Below are positions 49,853 through 58,783 of a DNA stretch of 64,000 nt, piece after piece. Made by a program: the position numbers and the translations under genes. The stretch is taken from positions 128,621 to 192,620 of the forward strand of contig CAZKFZ010000001.1 in NCBI GenBank assembly GCA_964552475.1, read 5' to 3'. Within the stretch, counting starts at the first letter, position 1, and each line of letters begins with the position of its first letter. This DNA is from an uncultured Candidatus Saccharibacteria bacterium. GTDB lineage: Bacteria; Patescibacteriota; Saccharimonadia; CAILAD01; BJGX01. The notes under the pieces are model-generated. The model was not told the origin of the DNA. It saw only the letters and a list, made by a program, of their open reading frames with translations, and did not search any database.

Positions 49853-51000
49853 ACATTACTTCCCTTAGCAGTGCTAATAATTAGATCTGCAATACGTGTA
49901 GACGCATCAGAAATCCAAACCTTATGAATGTTTGATTGTAGGTACTTTTTTGATTTTGGATTTGATAATATTTTATCAACTTCAGAACAAAGTCTGATTG
50001 GTGTAAGATCGGTTTGCTGAATAATCCTTACTGCCCCAATTTTCTCTAAAAATGTAGCATTTTGTTGCTGATGGTTGTTAGCGGAAAGTGGGTTTGGAAC
50101 AAGTATAGTTGGCTTCGAGTGAGCAGCTACCTCTGCAATAGAACTAGCACTCGCCCTTATGATTGTAATATTAGCAATAAAAAGTGCATCGGCCATTTCA
50201 GATTGCAGAAATTCAAACGGTCTGTAACTACTCTTTAAGTTTACATCAAGTTTATGAGCAATTATTCTTGCTCTTTCAATGCCTTGCGTACCTGTGTGAT
50301 GTATTACATTAAAAGTTCTGAGTATTAATTCTAGACCATCAAAAACAACGTCGTTAATGGCTTCTGCGCCTTGAGATCCACCAAAGATAAATACTACAGG
50401 TTTATTGTTTGTAAAATTGAAAGTTTTTTTAGCTTTATTAGGGTTGGTAGAGAGTAGCTCGCTTCTCACGGGGTTACCAGTAAAAACTAATTTGTTTGAT
50501 TGAGAATAGTCTGGGTATGCATCTATAGGAAACCCAGTGGCAATTTTTTGGGCTCTGTTAGCAAGTATGCGGCTAGCCAAGCCAAAGACAACATCAGAAT
50601 CGTGGATAACCAGGGGTATTTTTAGTCTTGATGCCGCTAGGCCTACTGGCACCGTAACGTAACCTCCTTTGGTAAATACTACGTCGGGATTAAAGCTTTT
50701 TAATATCTTTTTGGCTTGCAGGTATCCTTTACTAAACCTCACAAGGTCTGATAAATTTTTACTATTAGTCTTAATATCTGCAATTTCTTTGCCGGCACCA
50801 CGTCCGTAACGTCGGTATTTACCAGCTGATATTATTTTGTAGTCAAAACTATAAGCGCTAAGTAGTTGCCTCTCTACTGCACTACCTGAGCCGATAAAAA
50901 CCACCTTAATTTCTGGGTTAGACTCGTACAGGGCGTCGATCACTGCTAGGACTGGTGTTATGTGTCCGGCTGTTCCGCCGCCGCAAACCACGATTTTCAT
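49849..51000 (-). CDS. murG: Lipid II GlcNAc transferase MurG (alternative start 51009)
   Basis: GGGTAGHITP, KGGYVTVP, TGNPVR, GGSQGA and HQQQNA. Confidence 0.95.
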   Translation of the reverse strand: MKIVVCGGGTAGHITPVLAVIDALYESNPEIKVVFIGSGSAVERQLLSAYSFDYKIISAGKYRRYGRGAGKEIADIKTNSKNLSDLVRFSKGYLQAKKILKSFNPDVVFTKGGYVTVPVGLAASRLKIPLVIHDSDVVFGLASRILANRAQKIATGFPIDAYPDYSQSNKLVFTGNPVRSELLSTNPNKAKKTFNFTNNKPVVFIFGGSQGAEAINDVVFDGLELILRTFNVIHHTGTQGIERARIIAHKLDVNLKSSYRPFEFLQSEMADALFIANITIIRASASSIAEVAAHSKPTILVPNPLSANNHQQQNATFLEKIGAVRIIQQTDLTPIRLCSEVDKILSNPKSKKYLQSNIHKVWISDASTRIADLIISTAKGSNV

Positions 51001-52147
51001 CTGGCTCATCTCCTTTCGTATAGCGTGAAATATTTTGCAAAATACCTACAGAAATAAGTAGCGCAATCATACTTGTTCCGCCGTAACTAATAAATGGCAA
51101 AGTTATTCCTGTAAGCGGAATTATTCCGAGCATGGCTGCTATATTGTAAAAAGACTGAAAGCCTATCCATGCTGTTATACCACATGCCACTAATTTTGCG
51201 TAGTCATCTGGTGCGTCTCGAATTATACGAAAACCGCGCCAAATAAGCAAGATAATTAACATAATAATAGTACTCGCCCCTATTAAACCAAATTCTTCAC
51301 CAATGATTGCAAAAATAGAGTCATTGGTGGCTTCGGGTAAATAACCATATGCCTGCAAGCTTTTACCCAGACCACGTCCAAATATACCTCCAGAACCCAA
51401 CGCTATTAGAGCTTGGTTAATGTGGTAACCTGCGCCCGTAGGATCGTCGCTATGATTTAAGAAAGTGATGTATCTAGACAACCTGTAGCTAGAACTAGCT
51501 ATCAGTGCAGCTGCCGTAGCAAACATACCACCAAGTGCGGCTAAAAACATCCAAACTGGTACGCCTGATATAAAATACATGCAAAATATCGCACTAGCAA
51601 GTACCGATGCCGAGCCCATGTCTTTTTGAAGTAGTACGACTAAACCCATTGCTAGCGCTAATATAATTATTAGAGGTACCAAACCTTCGAATGGTTCATT
51701 AAGCTTGTTCTTGTTCTTTTCTATCCAGGCAGCTACAAACAAAATAGTACCAAGTTTAAAAAATTCTACTGGTTGAAAATTGATTGGTCCAAAATGCACC
51801 CATCGAGCTGCCCCATTAACCTTAACTGCTATTCCCGGAACTAGAACCAAAAACATGAGAGCTAAAGACCCATAAAAGAACACACTGGCGTACTTTTGCC
51901 AGAAAGTATATTTTACTTTGCTAGCTACCAACCATCCGGTCATACCTAGTCCAAAGCTTAATAATTGAGTATAGAAAAAACCATTCTGGTCGCTACTACC
52001 ACCTGTCTGTTTTAATACGGCTATCCAACCGGTTGAGTAAATCATAACAAGGCCAATAGTTATAAGTATCAATACTAATACTGCCAAAAAATAATCTGGT
52101 CGGTGTGAAAAGGTAAATTTATCTGAATTTTTGTTTTGGGGTTTCAT
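50918..52147 (-). CDS. ftsW: SEDS peptidoglycan polymerase FtsW
   Basis: GAARW, FQPVEFFK, QKDMGS, YLPEATNDSIFAIIGEEFG and PLTGITLPFISYGGTS. Confidence 0.94.
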   Translation of the reverse strand: MKPQNKNSDKFTFSHRPDYFLAVLVLILITIGLVMIYSTGWIAVLKQTGGSSDQNGFFYTQLLSFGLGMTGWLVASKVKYTFWQKYASVFFYGSLALMFLVLVPGIAVKVNGAARWVHFGPINFQPVEFFKLGTILFVAAWIEKNKNKLNEPFEGLVPLIIILALAMGLVVLLQKDMGSASVLASAIFCMYFISGVPVWMFLAALGGMFATAAALIASSSYRLSRYITFLNHSDDPTGAGYHINQALIALGSGGIFGRGLGKSLQAYGYLPEATNDSIFAIIGEEFGLIGASTIIMLIILLIWRGFRIIRDAPDDYAKLVACGITAWIGFQSFYNIAAMLGIIPLTGITLPFISYGGTSMIALLISVGILQNISRYTKGDEPDENRGLRRRNSRTHNTSPSSDRRPVRV

Positions 52148-52164
52148 TTTTTTAAATAACTATT

Positions 52165-53187
52165 TTAAACTCTGGTGATTAAACCTAGTAACATTCCTAT
52201 AGCCGCACTTACTGCTCCAATTATCCATAATCGCATAGTCACCTTTGTTTCGGGCCAACCTATAGCTTCTAAATGATGGTGTAGTGGTGCAGATAAGAAT
52301 ATTTTTCTTTTAAATACTTTTTTAGAGAATATCTGAATTAGACTAGATCCAGCCTCTACCACAAATACAGAGGCAATTACAGGTAACACAAATACAGAAT
52401 TCGTGAGCATAGCCACAACCCCAAGTGCTGTACCAAAGGCGAACGATCCCGTATCGCCCATAAAAAACCTTGCCGGAAAAATATTAAACCAAGTATAAGA
52501 TAGAACTGCACCAACCATTGCTAAACAGAATCCAGCAATACCAAAATTACCTTGAGCAAAAGCAATTATACAGTAAGCAGAAAACGCGCTCGCTAACAAC
52601 CCACCAGCTAATCCATCTAGCCCGTCGGCGATATTAACGGCGTTAGCAGTAGAAACTACAACTAAAATGAAAAGTGGTATATATAACCAACCTATCTCAA
52701 AATTACCAACTGCTGGCACGTGAATTTGGCTATAACCTAGACGGAAGAAGAAGTATAGGGCTCCAACTAATGCTACTAACAGAATTAGACCCATTTTTAA
52801 GGATCCTCGTATTCCTGCAATACCACTCTTACCTCTAATATTTATAAAATCGTCTAGCAGACCAATAGAACCAGCAGCCACCAGACCAAATACCGGTAAG
52901 TAAGTTTGTGATCTGCTCCAGTTGAGTAGTAATGTAGTGATAGCCACCGCTACAACACCTACAACGCCGGCCATAGTAGGTATGTTTCGCTTGTGTTTAG
53001 CAGCATGCAACTTGTAATAAACCGGTGCTTTCTCACCTGTCATGGCGTCGGTTCTTACTTGTTTCCATAGCTTATATTTAAATGCGTAGTGCGTATATAT
53101 CGGCGTTAAGACCATAGCTAACACAAAACAGATAAAGCCCTGAAAAAGTATGTGTGATAATTGTACGCTTAGTGTGGTTTCAAACAT
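52165..53187 (-). CDS. mraY: Phospho-MurNAc-pentapeptide transferase
   Basis: PTMAG, GLLDD, NAVNIADGLDGL, FMGDTGS and APLHHHLE. Confidence 0.96.
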   Translation of the reverse strand: MFETTLSVQLSHILFQGFICFVLAMVLTPIYTHYAFKYKLWKQVRTDAMTGEKAPVYYKLHAAKHKRNIPTMAGVVGVVAVAITTLLLNWSRSQTYLPVFGLVAAGSIGLLDDFINIRGKSGIAGIRGSLKMGLILLVALVGALYFFFRLGYSQIHVPAVGNFEIGWLYIPLFILVVVSTANAVNIADGLDGLAGGLLASAFSAYCIIAFAQGNFGIAGFCLAMVGAVLSYTWFNIFPARFFMGDTGSFAFGTALGVVAMLTNSVFVLPVIASVFVVEAGSSLIQIFSKKVFKRKIFLSAPLHHHLEAIGWPETKVTMRLWIIGAVSAAIGMLLGLITRV

Positions 53188-53221
53188 GTTATATTGATTG
53201 TTATTTTAGCAAATTATTTAC

Positions 53222-54952
53222 TTAATTACTACTGGGTGGTACCTGATAATAGTTGAAGAGTTCTTTTGCAACAACGGCAAAAGCGGGAACCGCAGTTTTT
53301 TCTGCAAAGCCCTCAACTTTCGGATAGTCTACTCTTACCAACATTACAAAACGAGGATCCTCGGCTGGAGCAAAGCCTACAAAACTACCGATGTTTTTAT
53401 TATCTTCATAGCCCTTACCATCGGCTCTAGGTACCTGAGCGGTACCTGTTTTGCCGGCTATTTTGTAGCCCTTCATTCTGGTAAGGTAGCCAGATCCATG
53501 TTCTACTACTTGAGTCATTATTTCACCTAGCTGTACAGCTGCTGGAGCGCTAATTACATTTCTCACTACCTCGGTATTATTAGGCTTGATAGTCTGGTCT
53601 TGGGCAACCTCGCCGGCAACTATATGTGGTTTTACTAGGTTGCCATTGTTGGCTATTGCGCCCACAGCCGCAAGCAACTGAACGGAATTAACTGAAATAC
53701 CTTGACCAAAACTCATATTCGCATAGTCTACATCTGAGCTAGTTGCTGGCTTTACTTTACTACTCACTTCTCCAGCCTGTTCAATACCAGTAACCTTACC
53801 AAAACCAAATTTTTCAATATAATCGTGCAGTACTTGCTTGCTAGTCGGGGTAATCGTTCTGGGATCGGTGCCTAGCTGCTGTAAGACAAACACTACACCT
53901 GTATTGAGAGATTTCTGGATTACATCAGTCATGGTTTGAATACCGAATTTATGATTTTCAGCATTTTTTATTGTCTTACCGCCAATTGTAAGTTCGCCAG
54001 TATCATTATAAATAGTTTTTGGCGTAACCTTACCGGTGTCTAAACCTGCAGCCATAGTAATTACCTTAAATCCACTGCCTGGCTCAAATAAACTTGAAGT
54101 TGAGAGATTAGAAAAAACAGCATAATCTTTGACATCTCGGAAATTATTTGGGTCGAAATCTGGGTAGTTTGTCATAGCTTTAATTTCGCCGGTCTTAGCA
54201 TCCATAACTATAATACTTCCAGAACTTGCTTTGTTTGTCTCTACAGCTGTCTTAATTGCTTCGCGAGCCACCTCTTGTAACCCTCTGTCAAGAGTAAGAA
54301 CAAAGCTTTTTCCCTCTTTTGGCTCGGTGAGGGTATTTTCGGTGCTATTAATGGGTATTCCTAGTGCGTCGGTAATGGTGTTGTACTGACCCTTTTGCCC
54401 AGCCAGGGCTTCATCGCTAAACTGCTCAAAGCCATACTGACCTTTACCATCATCATTTACATAACCCAATACGTGCGAAAACAATGTACTCTCTGGATAG
54501 TATCGGCTCGATCTCTGCTGTAAAATCACTCCAGGTAGAGATAGAGTTTTTATTTTTTCGGCTTGGTCTGAAGAAATATTTTTTGAGAGCTCAACGTAAC
54601 GCCCGCTTTTTGATAGTTTAGACTTAATGTCTTCTGCAGATTGAAGAGTAATAGTGCTTAATTTTTGAGAAGTTTCCTCGCTACTTACTATAAACTTAGG
54701 GTCTACAGCCAAAGTGTAAACTTGAGTGTTTAGTGCTATTGGCACAAGAGTCTGACCTTCTTTTAAGTAAATTAGACCTCTTGTTGATGGAATCTCAAAC
54801 TTTCTAGATTGTTGTTCTGATGCTTTTTGTGCATATTGCTTACCTCGCATGGCTTGTACATAAAAAAGACGCCCTAGCGCAATAAACCAAAGTGCAATAA
54901 CAAGTGCAGCAATGGTGTATAGTCGCCAACGTTCGCGTTTACGGGGTTGCAT
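53222..54952 (-). CDS. ftsI: Class B penicillin-binding protein (FtsI/PBP2-like)
   Basis: TM, RG.I, R.YP, G..G.E, EPGSGFK (SxxK), SLN (SxN) and KTGT; in the dcw cluster. Confidence 0.88.
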   Translation of the reverse strand: MQPRKRERWRLYTIAALVIALWFIALGRLFYVQAMRGKQYAQKASEQQSRKFEIPSTRGLIYLKEGQTLVPIALNTQVYTLAVDPKFIVSSEETSQKLSTITLQSAEDIKSKLSKSGRYVELSKNISSDQAEKIKTLSLPGVILQQRSSRYYPESTLFSHVLGYVNDDGKGQYGFEQFSDEALAGQKGQYNTITDALGIPINSTENTLTEPKEGKSFVLTLDRGLQEVAREAIKTAVETNKASSGSIIVMDAKTGEIKAMTNYPDFDPNNFRDVKDYAVFSNLSTSSLFEPGSGFKVITMAAGLDTGKVTPKTIYNDTGELTIGGKTIKNAENHKFGIQTMTDVIQKSLNTGVVFVLQQLGTDPRTITPTSKQVLHDYIEKFGFGKVTGIEQAGEVSSKVKPATSSDVDYANMSFGQGISVNSVQLLAAVGAIANNGNLVKPHIVAGEVAQDQTIKPNNTEVVRNVISAPAAVQLGEIMTQVVEHGSGYLTRMKGYKIAGKTGTAQVPRADGKGYEDNKNIGSFVGFAPAEDPRFVMLVRVDYPKVEGFAEKTAVPAFAVVAKELFNYYQVPPSSN

Positions 54953-54967
54953 ACTTAACAGTATACC

Positions 54968-55306
54968 TTATTTAATTGTCTTTTGGGCTTGAGCGAAAGA
55001 AACTGTATCAGTCTTTACGAGTCCATTATTGGCAGCCTTAGCCTTCGTTTCGGCGAGTGACTGTGCTCGAGCAGCTTCAATCTGTAATTTCTGTTTCTGC
55101 GTCTCTAAGTTCGCCTGCGTATTTTTTAAAGTAGAAATCTTGTAGCTAAAAACAGAAGTTTTAGTTATCTGATTTAAGTACATTAAAGATAGTAATATAA
55201 CCAGTCCTAATAGCATTAGCCCTACCGCAATTGGTCCTGTTTGGAATTGAAGTCTATTTCTTGTAATGTTCTGGTTGCGGCGCATAGACGCTACGGCTGT
55301 GCTCAT
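54968..55306 (-). CDS. FtsL-like bitopic coiled-coil protein
   Basis: Short N-terminus, TM and coiled coil; sits in the ftsL position; SD AGGAG. Confidence 0.75.
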   Translation of the reverse strand: MSTAVASMRRNQNITRNRLQFQTGPIAVGLMLLGLVILLSLMYLNQITKTSVFSYKISTLKNTQANLETQKQKLQIEAARAQSLAETKAKAANNGLVKTDTVSFAQAQKTIK

Positions 55307-55387
55307 ATTTATCTCCTGTTTTTTTATTTTTATAGTTTTTTGTTTTTGTTTTTGTTTTATCGTTATATCTGTGTATTGGTAAGATTT

Positions 55388-55459
55388 CTAGTGTACTGTG
55401 ATTACTCTTACTTTTAGCTTACGAGCACGTGGGCTTTCGTTTTTAATTAATAAGGTCAT
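55388..55459 (-). CDS. Candidate 23-aa small protein MTLLIKNESPRARKLKVRVITVH
   Basis: AAAAGGAGG-aaacatt-ATG...TAG inside the dcw operon; hand-translated. Confidence 0.5.
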   Translation of the reverse strand: MTLLIKNESPRARKLKVRVITVH

Positions 55460-55485
55460 AATGTTTCCTCCTTTTATTTTTTGTT

Positions 55486-56385
55486 TTAATTTATTTTCTC
55501 GACGACGCGTAGTTTGGCGCTACGGGCACGTGGATTGGTATTATCTAATTTTGAACCAACGACTGGTTTTTTGGTAACTATTTTGTATTTCGCCTCAGAC
55601 ACAATCTGACCATAGTCGTCACGTATTGGTGTGGCCAACTCCTTGAAGGCCTGTTTGACAAGTCGATCTTCTAGAGAATGAAAGCTTATCACGGCCATCC
55701 TTCCACCTTTACTTAGATTATTTGGAGCTTGTTTTAGCATCTGCTCTAATGCACCCAGTTCATCATTCACTGTAATTCTTAGTGCTTGGAAGCTACGTGT
55801 CGCTGGATGGATTCTGCCTATAGTTCTAACGTTTTTTGAAATAATCTCCGCTAAATCTGTAGTTTTGGTGATAGGTTTAATCTTTCTCTCCCTTACAATA
55901 GCTTTGGCAATTTTACGACTAGCCCTTTCTTCTCCATATTTATATAATATTTCGGCTAAATCGTGTTCTGAGTAGCTATTAACAATCTTTTCTGCAGTGA
56001 GATCTTGTGTTGTGTCCATTCTCATATCTAAAGGGCCAGGTTGTGAAAAGCTAAAACCTCTCTTGGGTTGATCAATCTGTGGCGAACTCACACCTACATC
56101 GGCAAGTATTATATCTGCAAGTGGTATGTTTTTATGCCATTTTATCGCGCTAAAGTCTACATGCTCTATACTGACGTTTTTTACGTTTTTAAACTTTGAA
56201 CGTAAGAACCTGATTGCTTCTGGGTCTTTATCAAAAAGATATCCATAGCCACTCTTACCTACGGCAGATAACAACTTAGTGGCGTGACCGCCATAACCTG
56301 CTGTTATATCTACAAATACTTCTCCCATCTTTGGTCGCAATAAAACTTCGACTTGTTCTAGTAATACTGGTGTGTGTCTGTTCAT
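55486..56385 (-). CDS. rsmH: 16S rRNA m4C1402 methyltransferase RsmH (MraW)
   Basis: HTPVLL, D.TAGYGGH, DVGVSSPQ, PLDMRM, FHSLEDR and NPRARSAKLR. Confidence 0.97.
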   Translation of the reverse strand: MNRHTPVLLEQVEVLLRPKMGEVFVDITAGYGGHATKLLSAVGKSGYGYLFDKDPEAIRFLRSKFKNVKNVSIEHVDFSAIKWHKNIPLADIILADVGVSSPQIDQPKRGFSFSQPGPLDMRMDTTQDLTAEKIVNSYSEHDLAEILYKYGEERASRKIAKAIVRERKIKPITKTTDLAEIISKNVRTIGRIHPATRSFQALRITVNDELGALEQMLKQAPNNLSKGGRMAVISFHSLEDRLVKQAFKELATPIRDDYGQIVSEAKYKIVTKKPVVGSKLDNTNPRARSAKLRVVEKIN

Positions 56386-56386
56386 G

Positions 56387-56706
56387 TCAAGGTTACCTAT
56401 TCAGCAGTCAGTTGTGTGTTTTTATATTTGTTTTTTGTTTTTTGTTTTAAATTTATCTGCAGTTGCAGACAATAGTGTGACAAGGACTTAATAAAATAAG
56501 TCCTTATAAGTAGAGATAGTTTGTGAGGTGGAGTTTTATGTTGCATGTACGTACTAGAGTATTATTTTACGCGTCACCCTCCAATAAACGCGTACTGACT
56601 GCCAAATAGTTAACTTTGATTTTTGTATTTTTTTGAACTTTTTGTTTTTATTTTGTTATTAATGAGCGATTGTCTTTTATATAGATTTTCATCTAGTAAG
56701 ACCATC
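56387..56706 (-). ncRNA. Candidate cis-regulatory structured RNA in the mraZ-rsmH intergenic region
   Basis: 24-bp long-range helix (56594-56619 with 56387-56412) enclosing three hairpins; the wobble pairs work only on the mRNA strand; A-rich linkers; upstream GAAA-tetraloop hairpin. Confidence 0.65.
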
Positions 56707-56729
56707 ATATAGACTGCCGATAAGCGGAA

Positions 56730-57080
56730 TCATTTAGCACTAAGTCTAAAGTATTTACCAGCTCTTACGGCGACAATATTTCTTTTGCCACCTAGCAGTT
56801 CCATATGATGGGCTTCTAGTGTTATTCGACCCTGTTTGCCATCCAGACGAGCATTTGTTCTGCCGGTTCGGAAGCGAACATTGAGATCGGCGGTTGATTC
56901 GTCTAGGATATCTCCTTGCAGAGCAGTTTCCATATCTTGATTCCAGACTTTTTCTGGATACAAGTGTAGATAATGCTTAAAACCAGGAGTGATAACTACG
57001 TTTTTACCAAACTCTTTGTGTAATTGCGAGGGAATTGTTAGTCGGTTTTTGTTGTCTAGCTTTCTTTCGAAATAATCCAT
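56730..57080 (-). CDS. mraZ: Transcriptional regulator MraZ (short form)
   Basis: ERKLDNKNRLTIP, LHLYP...W and LDGKQGRITL; first gene of the dcw cluster. Confidence 0.85.
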   Translation of the reverse strand: MDYFERKLDNKNRLTIPSQLHKEFGKNVVITPGFKHYLHLYPEKVWNQDMETALQGDILDESTADLNVRFRTGRTNARLDGKQGRITLEAHHMELLGGKRNIVAVRAGKYFRLSAK

Positions 57081-57105
57081 TGATTTATGTTTTTAGACTT
57101 TCTTA

Positions 57106-57160
57106 TTACCCACTGTTACCCACTAAATCTATTATATACGTCTAGTTACCCACTTGTAAA
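57106..57160 (-). promoter_or_regulatory. mraZ promoter with MraZ-binding direct repeats
   Basis: Three exact AGTGGGTAA copies (57146-57154, 57116-57124, 57106-57114) in 10-nt phase, interleaved with TTTACA-18-TATAAT. Confidence 0.85.
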
Positions 57161-57283
57161 GTATTACAATCAAAGTTTTTATGGTTTTGATGATATTTGT
57201 TTTACTTTTATATAAGCAAATTACTGCACTTTACGAACACACTACGAAAGCACATATGCTTAGTCTCTGCTATACTTACTATT

Positions 57284-57781
57284 ATGAAACACCGAAGACG
57301 TATAGCTCCAGACTACATACATAGCTCTTTCTTTGGCTTAGAAGACAGCTTAGTTTCTACTACTGGTGCCCTCGCTGGTATAGCTATTGGTGCAGGTAAT
57401 AAAGAAGTAATACTTATGACAGCATTGGTTATAATTGCGGTTGAATCAACCTCAATGGGTGCCAGTGAATTTATTAGTGAAGAGACCGAAGAAGATATAG
57501 AGAAAGAAAAAATGCCTGCAAGTCCTTTAATAAGCGGGCTTTTGATATTTGGCAGCTACATATTAGCGGGCACTATACCGCTTGCGCCATACTTGTTTCT
57601 TCCCCATTTGCAAGCAATACCCGTAAGTATTGTTATGGCCCTGATAGGTTTAATCGTATTAGGAATATTTAAGGGTAAAATTACTCACAAGAGCCCGGTG
57701 CGTTCAGCTCTAGAGGTACTAATAATTGGTGGTATTGCTGCGGCAATTGGTTTAGCGGTAGGAATAATATTTAAGGTGTAA
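57284..57781 (+). CDS. VIT1/CCC1 family metal transporter
   Basis: FGLEDSLVST, SMGASEFIS, G.IPLAPY and a 5-TM pattern. Confidence 0.88.
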   Translation: MKHRRRIAPDYIHSSFFGLEDSLVSTTGALAGIAIGAGNKEVILMTALVIIAVESTSMGASEFISEETEEDIEKEKMPASPLISGLLIFGSYILAGTIPLAPYLFLPHLQAIPVSIVMALIGLIVLGIFKGKITHKSPVRSALEVLIIGGIAAAIGLAVGIIFKV

Positions 57782-57787
57782 TTGCTT

Positions 57788-58783
57788 TTAGGGTAAGTTA
57801 AGCAGTTTTTTGGCAATTTTATCACCATCGTGACGAATAAGAGTTCTAAGTATACGCTTATCGCTCTTATTTTGTTTATGTATCTCACTCGAGATTAAAT
57901 CTGTAGAAACAATTTTATAGCTTAGTGTAGACCCCGCACTTTTATTTTCTACTGCTAGCTCACCTTGTTTGGCATACTTACTTAACAACTCAGTACTTGG
58001 TTTGGCAGAATTATACAATACGTAATTAAGTACATCAGCTTGAGCAAAACGATTTATCTCGTCTGCAAAATCTTGAACGGTAAAACCCTCTGTTTGACCT
58101 GGCTTAGTTACAAGGTTACATACATAAACTACCGGCGCCTTGGTGCTTTGAAGGAGATCGCCCATACCCTCTACTAACAATGTCGGGGCTAGACTACCAT
58201 AAAGATGTCCTGGAGCAACAACTACAATATCGGCATTTAGTATTGCACTACCAACATTAGGATTAATTACACTTTTAGGTGTTAGCCTTAAGTTTGGCTT
58301 TACTCCTTTTTTCCAGCTAGTTTGAGCAACTGCAAATTCACCGCGCACTACTACACCGTCGCTGGTTTCTAACTCTAAGTGAGAATCTGTAAGAGTTACC
58401 GGTAGAACTCGTCCGGTAATATTTAAAATCTTAGAGGCCTTGTTTACCGCATCGCCAAAATTTCCAGAAGTTTTCTCCAGAGCACTTATAAATAAATTAC
58501 CAAAGCTGTGCCCCTCTAGACTTCCAGCTTCGAATCGATAATTAAACAACTCTCTTAAATCAGACGATTCGTCTGCTAAAGCCACTAAGCACTGCCTAAT
58601 ATCTCCTGGTGGTAAAACACCTAGCTCGTCACGCAATACTCCTGTTGAGCCACCGTCATCGCTCATATTTACGATAGCAGTAATATTAGGGGTATACTTT
58701 TTTAGTTTGGATAATAGCGTGAAGCTACCCGTCCCTCCCCCTATAACGGCAATTTTTGGATATTTAGTTTGAGAGTTTATCAT
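57788..58783 (-). CDS. YvcK/GlmR (CofD/UPF0052) family protein
   Basis: IGGGTG, DDGGSTG.LR, LPPGDIR, GHSFGNL, N.VTKPGQT and RHD. Confidence 0.93.
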   Translation of the reverse strand: MINSQTKYPKIAVIGGGTGSFTLLSKLKKYTPNITAIVNMSDDGGSTGVLRDELGVLPPGDIRQCLVALADESSDLRELFNYRFEAGSLEGHSFGNLFISALEKTSGNFGDAVNKASKILNITGRVLPVTLTDSHLELETSDGVVVRGEFAVAQTSWKKGVKPNLRLTPKSVINPNVGSAILNADIVVVAPGHLYGSLAPTLLVEGMGDLLQSTKAPVVYVCNLVTKPGQTEGFTVQDFADEINRFAQADVLNYVLYNSAKPSTELLSKYAKQGELAVENKSAGSTLSYKIVSTDLISSEIHKQNKSDKRILRTLIRHDGDKIAKKLLNLP

